Positions 15,586-28,548 of a DNA stretch of 64,000 nucleotides are shown piece after piece. Location: assembly GCF_006345805.1 (NCBI RefSeq), contig NC_043012.1:20274001-20338000 (forward strand), read 5' to 3'. The stretch is from Octopus sinensis (taxonomy: Eukaryota). The position numbers were made by a program, and so were the translations under genes. Position 1 is the first letter of the stretch; each line of letters opens with the position of its first letter. The notes under the pieces are model-generated. The model made no database searches. It saw only the letters and a list, made by a program, of their open reading frames with translations, and was not told the origin of the DNA.

Positions 15586-16341
15586 TTTAATCACTATATC
15601 ACCATTGCTGAATGAAATCTCTCAAGCTCCGTATTAACCACTATGTGCATGCCTTTCTTGCTAAAATGTCGAAATCCCCACCACCCCCTCCACAATTCTT
15701 TCGCCGCTATTATCTTTCACTGAGATACTGAGGTGTAATGCGCAGAGTTGCAATTGTTTCAATTTCATCGATTTCTGGGAAACAGTATCATGGCCACTTC
15801 CGTTTCATCTAGTCCAAACAAGTTTTTTCAACATATGCAGTCATATACATGCATACATATATATACATATATACATACATTCATACATGCATAGGTAGAT
15901 ACATACATGCATACATACATACACATACATACACATATACATACATACGTACATACAATACTACACACATATATATATATACATACAGACCAACACATTC
16001 AATCGTAATGTGTCATACGTTGTTCTAAGTGCAATTCCATGCTTAAGCACAATAGATCACGGTAGAACAAAGTATTGTATTATGTCACAAAGAACTAATG
16101 ACTGTAACATAATGCAATAAAATGTTCCCTGATGATTCGTTGTGGTTAAGCACCGAATTGCACTTATAACATCCAGTGCTGCATTCCAAACGATTGTGTC
16201 CCTAGTGAGAGGTACTATAACCAAATGATATAAATTTGTGTTATGTTAAAAAAATTTGTGATATATATATATAATATGTATGTATATATGTATATATATA
16301 TATGTATATTTATATATTCATACATACATACATACATACAT

Positions 16342-16373
<32 letters not shown>

Positions 16374-16387
16374 CACACACATATATA

Positions 16388-16448
<61 letters not shown>

Positions 16449-16547
16449 AAGTTAATCCCAACATGAAAGCACAAAAAAACACAACAACGCGAGGACGTGG
16501 AGCAATATAGTATTATTGGACGCTCAGGAAAGAAGGAAAGAAGGAGA

Positions 16548-16582
16548 GTTCAACGTTTCGAGCGGAGCTCTTCGTCAGAAAC
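16548..16582 (-). ncRNA. Minimal hammerhead-like motif (PLE type)
   Basis: Minus strand reads gttt CTGACGA a gagc-tcc-gctc GAAA cg TT gaac; palindromic ACGT in place of helix III; one extra A before helix II. Confidence 0.6.
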
Positions 16583-17092
16583 ATAGGAGAAGGAAAGATC
16601 CAGAGAAAGGAAGACAGTGGAAAAAAACCCCAACGGTACACACGAAACGCGCACGTACACCCTTTGAAGGACTCAAAAATATAAGCCCAAAGGCTTAACA
16701 GACTATTTTTCCATTTTTTCCCTTTCTCCTTTTCTTATCCGATTTCCTTTTTCTCGTTTCAATATTCCTCTGATAAACTCTAAATCATTCTGACGATGTT
16801 TGTTACATAGAATGAGGTAAATGCAAATTTACCTCAAAAATAAAAACTGAAACAGATGTAAATGTTATTTTAACTATAATTAAACTATAACAAATTAATA
16901 ACAATAATCATCTTGTTAATTGCTGTTCCATTTCTTTTCTTATCAGAATATAATAAACCAAGTTTACAATTAAATTTACCAACTACTGTTAACGTTATAG
17001 CAATGCCTATACATAGGTAATACACGAGTAGTGCCTACCGAAACATTTATTCCTTAGACGGTTTCAAAACCTCTAACTTATAATTTATATAG

Positions 17093-17148
<56 letters not shown>

Positions 17149-17156
17149 ATACATAC

Positions 17157-17187
<31 letters not shown>

Positions 17188-17307
17188 ATTATATATATAT
17201 ATATATATATGTACATGCTTATATATGTACATATATAATATATATATATATATATGTACATATATATATATATATACACGCACACAACACACACACACAT
17301 ATATATA

Positions 17308-17347
<40 letters not shown>

Positions 17348-17418
17348 ATATATATATATATATATACACGCACACACACACACACACACCACACACATAT
17401 ATATATATTATATATATA

Positions 17419-17463
<45 letters not shown>

Positions 17464-17558
17464 TTAATCCAACATGAAAGCACAAAAAAACACAACAACG
17501 CGAGGACGTGGAGCAAAATAGTATTATTGGACGCTCAGGAAAGAAGGAAAGAAGGAGA

Positions 17559-17593
17559 GTTCAACGTTTCGAGCGGAGCTCTTCGTCAGAAAC
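17559..17593 (-). ncRNA. Second copy of the hammerhead-like motif (in the duplication)
   Basis: Identical to 16548-16582. Confidence 0.6.
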
Positions 17594-18113
17594 ATAGGAG
17601 AAGGAAGATCCAGAGAAAGGAAGACAGTGGAAAAAAAACCCCAACGGTACACACGAAACGCGCACGTACACCCTTTGAAGGACTCAAAAAATATAAGCCC
17701 AAAGGCTTAACAACTATTTTTCCATTTTTTCCCTTTCTCCTTTTCTTATCCGATTTCCTTTTTCTCCTTTTCCTCGTTTCAATATTCCTCTGATAACTCT
17801 AAATCATTCTGACGATGTTTGTTACATAGAATGAGGTAAATGCAAATTTACCTCAAAAATAAAAAACTGAAACAGATGTAAATGTTATTTTAACTATAAT
17901 TAAACTATAACAAATTAATAACAATAATCATCTTGTTAATTGCTGTTCCATTTCTTTTCTTATCAGAATATAATAAACCAAGGTTTACAATTTAAATTAC
18001 CAACTACTGTTAACGTTATAGCAATGCCTATACATAGGTAATACACGAGTAGTGCCTACCGAAACATTTATTCCTTAGACGGTTTCAAAACCTCTAACTT
18101 ATAATTTATATAG

Positions 18114-18203
<90 letters not shown>

Positions 18204-18298
18204 CTATATATAATATATATATATATATATATGTACATGCTTATATATGTACATATATACATATATATATATATATATGTACATATATATATATATAT

Positions 18299-18375
<77 letters not shown>

Positions 18376-18390
18376 TATATATATATATAT

Positions 18391-18441
<51 letters not shown>

Positions 18442-18452
18442 ATATATATATA

Positions 18453-18492
<40 letters not shown>

Positions 18493-18942
18493 GTATGTAT
18501 ATATATACATGAAGTTAAACGCAGGTGTTATTCAAATTCTTTTACTTCCGATATGTTTCGAAGTCAACATTGGCATTATTCCAACAGGAATAAAATGGTG
18601 TAAAACAATGCAATCTTCCGATAAAGGAAAGAAAGGAACGACACTCATCAATAAGACATTTTAACAGAATGTGATGGATGTGTATAATGATGAACGGAAC
18701 GCTATTAAGTTTTTCTTAAAAGACCGTTAGTAGGCATAACGTCAACGGTAGCCTATAGGAAGCGAAGGGGTAAAAGAAGGAATAAGCTGAAAACTAATAA
18801 AGAGAGCGATGTGTGAATTATGATAACAGCTTAAAGGCTTGAAAATATATATATCTAGTGGAAGTGAAATGTAAGAAGAAAATCAATGTTCAAATTATAT
18901 AGAATGATAGATAACACTTTTATGAACTAAACTTATGTTTCT

Positions 18943-19172
18943 TATTTCTTTATTGCCCACAAAGGGCTAAACATAGAGGGGACAAATAAGGGCAGACAAA
19001 AAGATTAAGTCTATTACATCGACCCCAGTGCGTAACTCATACTTAATTTATCGACACCGACACGACGAAAGGCAAAGTCGACCTTGGCGGAATTTGAACT
19101 CAGAACGTAACGGCTGACGAAATACCGCTAAGCATTTCGACCTGCGTGCTAACGTTTCTGCCAGCAACCACC
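18943..19172 (-). mobile_element. SINE family A inserted just downstream of the PLE endonuclease region
   Basis: Near full-length match to the family A consensus seen at 50248-50478. Confidence 0.85.
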
Positions 19173-19179
19173 TCGTTTT

Positions 19180-19835
19180 ATTTTTAAAATGTATGTTTCT
19201 GCTAATGCTTACATCGATAAGCACGCTCTATGAACGTGCTTACAAGTGGATTCTTAGAAATAGAATATAAATTATTTCACTATTACAGAGTTGGCAAATG
19301 TCTTTGCCTTTATCATATGGGAATGAAATGGAGAGAATCAACCAATCTAGATAAAATTGTTTATTATGATCTTTTAGATACCAAACTAATTTACTTAGCC
19401 TAGTATTGTTGTGTTTATTACTATCCCTAAATGCAGAGTAATGATTAGAAATTCTTTTAGATAACTGAGAAGAACTACCTATATAAAAAAGACATCGGTA
19501 CTGGAAGTACTTTTACACTGGTATATAGGTTTAGTCTTAGAATTACTAGACATAAACGTAATTCTGTTGGAATTGACTTCAGAGACAATAACCCTGTTGT
19601 TAATACTTCTAGGGGGAGGGTTAGTATTAGCTAAATTGATGTTATTATTTTCAGTAATTGGTTTCTTATCTAACAGACTAATATTATGTGAAGAGATAAT
19701 TTGTGAAAGATTTTTAGTGTTAGATGAAGACGGAAATCTCGTTTTATTTTAAAAGACCACAAAGCATTTTTCTAATAACCCATCCTTACGACTTATCTGT
19801 CCTTCTAGCTCTGACATCGTTGTACTTCGTAAAAT
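19180..19835 (-). pseudogene. Penelope-like element: linker plus GIY-YIG endonuclease, decayed
   Basis: Manual translation across frameshifts: SNTKNLSQIISSHNISLL ... PIYQCKSTSSTDVF-YIGSSSQLSKRISNHYSAFRD ... TRLSKLVWYLK ... LDWLIL..PYDKGKDICQLCNSE ... RCKH, i.e. IY..YIG..R...H with CxLC/CxH motifs. Confidence 0.8.
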
Positions 19836-19861
19836 TATATATATATATATATATATATATT

Positions 19862-20535
19862 CCTACCTTAGTTACAAAATTAAAGCTTAGTTTACGGTCC
19901 AATTCGTTCCAAGTCGTCCACTGGTTTAGTTCTTTTACTAATAAAAAGTGTGAGAAGGTCATCCAGCTTGACATTTCTAATTTCTATTTCTCCATCAACC
20001 CGACATCACTTTATAAAGCACACTGGCTAGCTCATAACAAAGCTGGTCTCACCAGGGAAGAGATTAATGTCGTGTTGGCCGCCAGAAAATCTATCATGAA
20101 ATTTGATAACAACCTGTAGGTCCGTGAAGAAACGCTCGATAATATGTATGTCACGATGGCAAGTTCTGATTCAACACAAATAGCTGATTTGGTCGGTGTA
20201 TATATACTTTATGAAATGGCAGACCAATTCCCAAGCATCAATGGAGGTCGATATCGTGATGATTGTTAACTTTACGTCCAAAATCTTTCTGACCAAAAAG
20301 TACAAAAGATGGGCGTAGGCATCGTTCTTGATGATATTGAAACGAAAGCCAACATTTTAGATATTATACTTATCTTACGCGATAAATCGTACTTCTCATA
20401 CCACAAACCATCATTAAGTATATTACCCAATTCAGTAATCATTCTAGGGCAATCACTAAGAATTTAGTTAAAAATATTTCATTTAGATTGTCTAAGTTAT
20501 CTGCTAATATTGACATTTTCAACAAGTCTGAATGT
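19862..20535 (+). pseudogene. Penelope-like element reverse transcriptase, decayed
   Basis: VVHWFSSFTNKKCEKVIQLDISNFYFSI ... ARKSI ... VTMASSDSTQIADLVGVYIL ... GRYRDD ... NILDIIL..KSYFSYHKP ... ISFRLSKLS (PLE RT motifs FDIxxFYPSI, VTMGSYDG, YRDD). Confidence 0.85.
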
Positions 20536-22518
20536 TATAAATGAATGAACGTATAGAAATACTGTGTTTACATAACCTCATTCCACCAAATTGTATTCAA
20601 AAAATTTCTTACTCCTCGCACTACTTTTTTCACGTCTGGATTATTTTCTGATAGTCTGCTTGTCTAAAGAGGCCTTTTTTTTTTTTGAATTGATACAACT
20701 AAACGTCATTTTGGAAAACTGTTTACACCAAAGACCAGTAACATAATCGCACTTTATGTGAAATAAGTATGATTATTAAGGATTATGCTGCCTCGTTATT
20801 ATTACAACAAATGCATATTAGTATGTGTACTGATTATAATGAGGGATTAGTAAGTAGGTTTAAATTAGTTGGAATTATTAGAAATAGGGGTCAATTTTTT
20901 GCCAAATTACACACAGGCATCGTTAAGTCTTGTCACTAGAGTTCCAGAGAACTGAGCAAAAGTAACATGAAGAAAGATATTTTATACCTCAAACCAACGC
21001 GTGAATTCATACTTGATTACTACGTCTCATGAATATAATGACCTAATTTCCCCTCTTAACGCCTTAATATTGAATAAGCAACTAGTAAGGCAGCCATCGT
21101 TATGTAAAACCAGACGCTCAGTGTGACTGGAACATACCTTACGTTGTGTTAAACGTCAGCAGTAAGCAGCTATGCATTTTAGCCAAAATAAATGCATCTG
21201 TATTGATTCGATCGTATACAGAATTATCATATTTATTGTAACTACAGAAAATGCCGAGCTTGGAAATAATAAGTTTAATATGGAAAGTTATTTTGATATA
21301 TAACTTCACATTGTTTACATTTAGGAATATGTAAGTTGAATTATAGAAAGGAAAATAAAGCATCTACATATAGCCTCCTGACCTTTAGAATAATAGTCAC
21401 ATTTTACCATTTAAATACCATGTGTTTCAAGTAATCAAAGTTTTCACGAATAAATTTACATTCATCTCTCAATACAGATAAAATTCATGATCGGAGAAAG
21501 TGAATAAAAAGCCGTAAACTGAAATTTCATGGAACATGCGAACATTTAATCAATCTCTTTTAATATTCCGATTCCACTTTGCTGCAAAAACTTTGCGAAA
21601 TTACAATTGTCTTCTTCAAACAAAACCGCGAGAGGAAAAAATTTCTACAATAAGTTAATTGGAATGAGTATAATTAAGTGAAGCTCAATAATCAACTGTT
21701 GCTATGTTTTAGAACAGGATTTTGCGACTACATAAGAAAGAAAAGACAAATTCCATTGACATTACGTTTGCGAAAGAATTATTTGTTTTATTTATTTGAA
21801 AACGACTATTTAAAACTGATGGTAAAATATGTGGATATATTTCTCGCCAATCCGCTCTGCACGAAATTTTTAAAATATAAAAGAGACTAATTGAATAACA
21901 AGATGACTTAATTGTAGGTCTGCACAGGAACTGAACTACACTGATACCAATACATACTCATTGTGTACATACACACAAGCACATATATGGATATATACGT
22001 ATCCCCCACAACTATCCCTGAACGCATTGCTTAACCACCCACGAGGTTTAGCGGTGTAGTATTAATTTATATATAAAACATATACCAGGCAGCTGGAACG
22101 TAAGTATCGTTTACAAACAATGACACAGTATTTGGTTTGCAAACCACAGTATACACGGCCAGGTATGTTAAAGAAGATATTACGGAAGATACTAACCGTA
22201 ATAACTAATACTTTTTCACTGTATTGTGTATTTCTTCCTTTTCGTATCTGGTACTTTTTATGGATGTCGTTAGAATGAAACTGTGTACCTTAATTTACCT
22301 TACACCTTACACGAAGACCAAGAGGAAATCTTGCGAACGAGAGTTCATATTCACGATGTACCTACAGAAATCACGCCAAGAGACACGTCTACATTGAGGG
22401 ATATATATATAGTTTTCAGAATCTCACTCGCGTGAACTCGGTGTCAAGTTGGGCGAAGCAATTTTAGTGATCAAGTGATCACTAAAGTTCAAGTATCTCC
22501 ACAATTCCATCTCCCTCA

Positions 22519-22900
22519 AGCAATGAGCTGGCAGAAACGTTAGCACGGCGGGCGATATGCATTGCGGTATTTCGTCTGCCGCTACGTTCTGAGTTCAAAT
22601 TCCGCCGAGGTCGAATTTGCCTTTCATCCTTTCGGGGTCGATTAAATAAGCACCAGTTACGCACTGGGGTCGATGTAATCGACTTAATCCGTTTGTCTGT
22701 CCTTGTTTGTCCCCTGTATGTTTAGCCCCTTGTGGGTAGTTAAAAAAGAGGTATTTCGTCTGCCGCTACGTTCAGAGTTCAAATTCCGCCGAGGTCGACT
22801 ATGCCTTTCATTCTTTCAGAAGACGATAAATTAAGTACCAGTTCCGCACTAGTGTCGATCTAATCGACTCTCTCCTCGCTGAACATTTTGGGCGTTGTGC
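22519..22900 (+). mobile_element. SINE family A dimer
   Basis: gagctggcagaaacgttagcac head and B box; second unit restarts at gtatttcgtctgccgc (~22751). Confidence 0.85.
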
Positions 22901-23029
22901 CTAGAGCAGAAAAATTTTTACTTGCTTACTTTAATTGACTATAGATATATATGCTTCGATTTGGGGTCACTAGTACTTTATTGTCTCCCCTTCTTCCTAA
23001 CTCTTCCTGTCAAACTACCATTTTCCAGG

Positions 23030-23141
23030 CAAAATCGACCTTGGTGGTATTTAAACTCCGAACGTAAAGACAGACGAAATACCTATTTCTTTACTACCCA
23101 CAAGGGGCTAAACACACAGGGGACAAACAAAGACAGACAAG
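23030..23141 (-). mobile_element. SINE family A junction fragment
   Basis: gacgaaatacctatttctttactacccacaaggggctaaacac. Confidence 0.75.
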
Positions 23142-23144
23142 AAT

Positions 23145-24600
23145 GTCTCACCCCCTTATAGACATACTACTAGATTTATATAGTCCCTGGTGTTCATTAA
23201 GACTACTGCGTCATCTGTTTCTGCCTCTTTGATTGTTATAGTTTTTATCTTCTTTTAGTTCGTTAAGGTCGTTCCATTCTCTCTTGCTGAAGTTTGGTCT
23301 GGTTTTTGTTTATTTGTGAGTTGATAAGGTTGATTGACGTGCTCAGAGAATCGGTCGTGCTTTATACTTTACTTTTGTAGAGGTATAGTCGCTGCTATTT
23401 CTAGCACTTGAATCGTCGGCGATGTGCTTGTCATAAAATTCCTCGGCTAGTCTTAACTTTCTACAAAATTCAGAAATATTGTCTTTCATTTTATGGTAAT
23501 TTGGTCGTTGCGGGGCTGGTGTAAATTTTAGCCCTTTGGACGGTATGGCTACCTGGTTGGGTGCAAGTTCTTTATTAGAGAGATTTACTATTTTCATTGC
23601 CTGTGGTTTCCCTGGTACGTCCGGTGCCATCGTTTTTCCCTTTTTCTGTGTACTGGGTCTAAAAAATGGTTGGTGTGCTTGGGTTGAATAGTGTTGTTTA
23701 TCTGTCACCAGTTGCTGTAATTTTTATAGTGGGTTTATGGTGTACTTATTTCGTAGTGTGTTTTTGAACCTCGTGCTCCGTCTTAGTGTTTCAGGTGTAT
23801 GATGTTGGTAATTGTTTCTTCTGTAGTGGGTCTGTTGTTTGTTATGGTTCCATGGTGGGTTCCGAGAGTACAGTCTTCGTTCGTGTGTTTTAGTCGGATG
23901 ATGTAGATTGTGGCTCCTAAAATTGTGTGGTGTATCCCTGTAGGTGTTTCGTGGTGCATTTATGTGGCTTGGGTTACGTAGATTCCGGTTCCTAAAATAG
24001 TGTGGTGTATTCTTGCAGGTGTTTTGCGGTTTGTTTATGTAGTATGGGGTACGTTCAAAATGACATTCTCGAGAGGGAAGTATGTTCGATTTTATTGTTG
24101 GTTGTTCAGTTATGATAGATTGAGGTTTTGTTTTTCTTAATTTTAGGAAGGGGTAGTTGGAGATATATTCGTTTTTGAAGTTGGTTTCGTAAGTCGAAAA
24201 CCAGTTAACGCTCTTTTCCCATCCCTGGAGGTGTTTTAATTCCTCTTTTTCACACTCCTCTTTCCATAATCTTAGCATTGATCTGTGTTGGGGCCTTGTT
24301 TGTTGAGTTCCTTATTGACTTCTTCGTCTATGCTTTTTAATTTTTCTTCATTTGTTTCTGCCCTCAGTTTCAGTAGTTCCCTTTCGATCTTCATTTTTCC
24401 TAGTATCATTCTTTTTCGAAGTTTCCTTTGTGCTTCTGGTTCTTCCAGGATGGGTTGTATTTGTAATTTGCCGTGTATGATTAAGGGTGTCGAAGTAAGC
24501 TCTTTTTTTATATCTCTGCTTTGTTGTGGTTTTGTATCATTTTCCAAAACACAAATTTTCTTTTCCTAAGAAATCTTCTCCATTGCGGTACCACGTGGTT
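23145..24600 (-). pseudogene. Penelope-like element N-terminal ORF region, frameshifted, RT core missing
   Basis: KIVNLSNKEL..SKGLKFTPAP..DNISEFCRKLRLAEEF, then NFSKREWNDLNELKED-ITIKEAETDDAVVLMNTRDY (the PLE IKxADKG motif, decayed); upstream coiled and N-rich ORFs at 23724-24547. Confidence 0.8.
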
Positions 24601-25124
24601 TTTATAATTGGACTGTTGATGTGACGTTGTTCAACCCATGTGATTCCTCGTTTTCTTGTCCTTGATTTGAAATGTTTCAAAAATATGTTTAAATTGTTTC
24701 GCATAAATTTCCAAGGTTCTAATATATTTCGGTAGATGTCTTGCTCGTTTCGGTATCTTCATTGTTTTGTGTAGATGGATGAGATCTTGAGTTTAACTAT
24801 TATGCTTCAGTTTATGTTCTCAACTTATTTTAGAATCTCGTCATTTATAGAGAGGATATTTGCGTCTGTTTTGGTGGGCATTTTTCGTAGCTCGTGGTGG
24901 GAACAATATTTGAAAATATTTGTAGAGGTAACACACGAGTAGATACTTATAAAAAACAATAACGAAAATGTTACTTTCTTAAAATTGGGTACATTATAAT
25001 TTTCCTTTTACGTGTTTCGTTTTTGAAAAACCTTATCAAAAATATGTGTTAAAATAGAATATTTAAATAGAAAAGAGCTATTAAAAAATTAAAGTTGAAA
25101 TTAAGATTAACAATCATATTTTAC

Positions 25125-25312
25125 TTTCGTTTTTCCTGAGAAAAACACGTGATAATCTCCTTTGGTTCTGGTAGCGTGACAAGTTCTACTGACTGTGACT
25201 GCAAATCACTACTCTCTGTTTTTGTAAGCTGAATAGTGTGTTCAACACTTGTTTTCTTATGAGTGGTTGTAGCCGTCGAATAACTACCAGCTGTAATAAT
25301 AATAGTCGTCAT
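25125..25312 (-). CDS. Candidate first coding exon (exon 25374-25125, ATG at 25312), product unknown
   Basis: ctgttcag| acceptor at 25375; ORF MTTIIITAGSY...SQEKR; aa|gtaaaa donor in phase 2, compatible with exon 8727-8563. Confidence 0.25.
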
Positions 25313-27852
25313 TCTGAAGCTGTTCGCCTTGTAGTTTTAATAGAAATCGGGTTCTTCGACCCTTGTCTTTATTTCTGAACAGATATATATACACACTCAC
25401 CCGTATACACATATACATATATATACACAGATACAGATAGATACACACACCCATATATATATATATTATATGTTGTGTTTAAATATCGTTTTTTTATAAG
25501 TTATGGCGTTACAAAAGGTATCCGTATATTGAATCTATACCAAATCTCAAACTGGCGCCTCAAGCTAACTAGCCGCTTGCCATTCATACACATGCCCATA
25601 TAGAAAACAAGCGTTAAACGATGATGATGATGATGCTATGGGTATACATATAACTATATGTGTGTGTATGTGTGTGTGTATTTTTCCCGGGCGAGTACCC
25701 TACGAGTACACAGTTATAATCCCGGGCATAGCTAACCACATCGGATTGTAAGAAGCACCTAAGATTATTGAAGGTAGGCAGTCCCAATTTACTTCATCTG
25801 ATAGGTAAATTTTGGGTTCGCTTCGCTGGATTATAAACATTTAACCAAGACAGTTACAAAGAATACTGCATATTTTACACACACACACACACACACAGAG
25901 GCGCGCGCGCGCACATACTTAGACCGTCAAATATTACGCCTACTAATATTTTCTTGCCGCCTTTTATATTCCGTTCCCATTCCCCAAGTTTTAATCAGAT
26001 GGGCATCACATTTTCCACGTTGAAAGTCAACTAAATACAGTGTAAAACAAAATATTGCAGTTGATGTGATCATCTACATCTAGTGAAAATATTGACCAAT
26101 GCTAGACGTGGCCGAGGAACTTAAACTAATCAATGATTAAAAGAGTAAAAGAATCACATCCAAAACACATCTTCTACAAACCATTTCGAAAGTAAACAGG
26201 AATTTCCTTTACATTCAGGAAGCGAATGTGTTTAAATTTCTTTATATATTAATAAACCATTTAGGATATAAATTCTCATCAGCAATTTAGTCACACCATA
26301 AACATCATAATTACAATTTATTCCGCTTTAAAATATTCGTGATTAACGAGATGAGATGTTAAACTATATAAAATAGATACGGTAATGTTTAGATAAATTA
26401 CTTAATTCCTATTCACACAATGTAAATTCTTTGATATTTTGTTAGAGAAACCTTATAACAATTTCATTTTATGTTTTATTTTTCTACATTACAGTGCGTC
26501 ACTTCTTATTTTATGAGGGTTATATTGCACAAAATGGTGTATACTTCATACCTATTTATTATCTTTTATGTCTTAATTTTCTCATGGTTATATCTCGTAA
26601 GGCAATGTACAATATGTTGACATATATAGTTCTCACAATTTATTCGTTCATTTTCGCTTATTATGCATAAATATTCCTCATTATGGAATGGAATAGATAA
26701 AAAATAATAAATCGTCTGTTGCAATACATTTCAGTGATAAACAAAACTTGTCTTAGAAATAGAGATAATATACGTGTTTCATTGATCTTCTTGTTGCCAC
26801 TTGGTTCATGTTGTATTGGTGTCAAGATAATTTGTTGTTTTTTTTTCTGCTTCATAGTTTTGAGTTAATTTTATTATATTATTTCTATATGATATCTTAC
26901 ACAATAAAGACGTGGAAACAAAAATTGCAAGAAAAGGAATTATTCTTGGCATTTGTTGTTGTCAAAATGGTGCTCCTCTTTCCGCGTGACTAAGTGGTAT
27001 GAAAAAGCCATTATAAAGTCGTCTGAGAATTGGTCGTTATAAAAGGTCAGTAGTAGTTGAATCGTTGTACGAGTTATCAGTTAGAGTCAGTGTCATTTAC
27101 GTGACATACAATTCCCAGGCATCGCCAAGTTAGACGATTCAGTCATTATCTTGCGGAACTATCGGCGACAGCACGATAGACGAGTCAATGGTAAGACGCG
27201 AATACCGCCACAACATAAGAGTGGCGACAAGAATAATACAGTGCCGACAATAAAATACAAGTGGGCGAGGATTTCACATTATAACAGTTTCTCCAAGCTG
27301 TACAAAAATATAGAACGTTCCCTGAGAAACATCTTGTCATCTATTGGTTTTGTTATAACTCTCAACCGTATATATTTTTAATAGTTTCATACGACACCAG
27401 TACATTATATTTGACATAGTGTCTAATTAAATTGTAAAATGCTTACCATTAAAGAAATTGGTTTATGACAAACAGCATTTGAAAAACAAAGTAATTATTT
27501 GTCTTCACCGGGGAGAACTTTCAATAAAAAGAAGAATGAGAAAATTTTAACTCAAAAGAGAATTTTGAATGAAGATATATTTTGCACGAAAAATACATTA
27601 AATAATGAAAGAGACGTCTTGAACTGGGGAGAATTTAACCGTGTTTTTAGTGTTTTCATCTCTATAAAGAATGCGACCGTCTTCATAAATATTAATGATT
27701 CGGAAGTTTTACAACAACCAAAATATGTTAAGCCATCAAGTAAAAATGAACGATGTGTACTGTTAAGTAGAGGTAGGTTTGCAGTATGATGTATTGTACG
27801 TTGTAAGGCTTAAAACAAGATATTTGTATAACTTTGTATGTAGGTATTATCG

Positions 27853-27896
<44 letters not shown>

Positions 27897-28005
27897 TTCA
27901 TCCTTCTTTCCTTCTATCTGCTGCCCACATGTGACCCGTAACTGATGTTCAATTCTCTGCTGTTTCACCTAGTGTACGTACTATATATATATATATATAT
28001 ATATA

Positions 28006-28055
<50 letters not shown>

Positions 28056-28084
28056 TATATATGTGTATGGTGTTTGTGTATCTA

Positions 28085-28253
28085 TACACACGCAAATGTC
28101 GTATCATGAGAATGAGAGCTCAACACGGTATTGGAGGATATCATTTCTTTATTTGTGAATTAACGCTACCATTGCATTTATGTTTACAAAAGTAGGAAAA
28201 TATACAAGTGTCGTAGCAAATTTGTACGTATATGTGTATATGTATATATACAA

Positions 28254-28296
<43 letters not shown>

Positions 28297-28464
28297 CTTA
28301 TACACATATACAGACACATACATACCAAATTGCTAAGAGACTTGGATATTTTCCTACTTTTGTAAACATGAATCTAATGGTAGCGTTAATTCACAGATAT
28401 AGAAATTATATCCTACAATACCGTGTTGAGCACTCATTGTCATCATTCGACATTTGCGTGTGTA
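28085..28464. repeat. Imperfect fold-back (~170-bp arms) centred on (TA)n
   Basis: tacacacgcaaatgtcg...gtgaattaacgctaccatt...gtttacaaaagtaggaaaat versus attttcctacttttgtaaac...aatggtagcgttaattcac...cgacatttgcgtgtgta. Confidence 0.9.
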
Positions 28465-28507
28465 TGTACACACGAACACACACACATATATATATCTAAG
28501 TATGTAC

Positions 28508-28548
<41 letters not shown>

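Larger units (their letters stand above)
16360..18480. repeat. ~1.0-kb tandem duplication including its microsatellites
   Basis: 16449-17090 is near-identical to 17463-18110; the complex (TA)/(TG)/(CA) blocks are also repeated. Confidence 0.92.

Noticed and set aside
16125-16165. CTGATGA followed by a ttcg...cgaa stem
   Set aside because: Followed by ttgc rather than GAAA, and no helix I partner
16786-16815. CTGACGA in cattctgacgatgtttgttacatagaatg as a hammerhead
   Set aside because: No GAAA, helix III or NUH site follows
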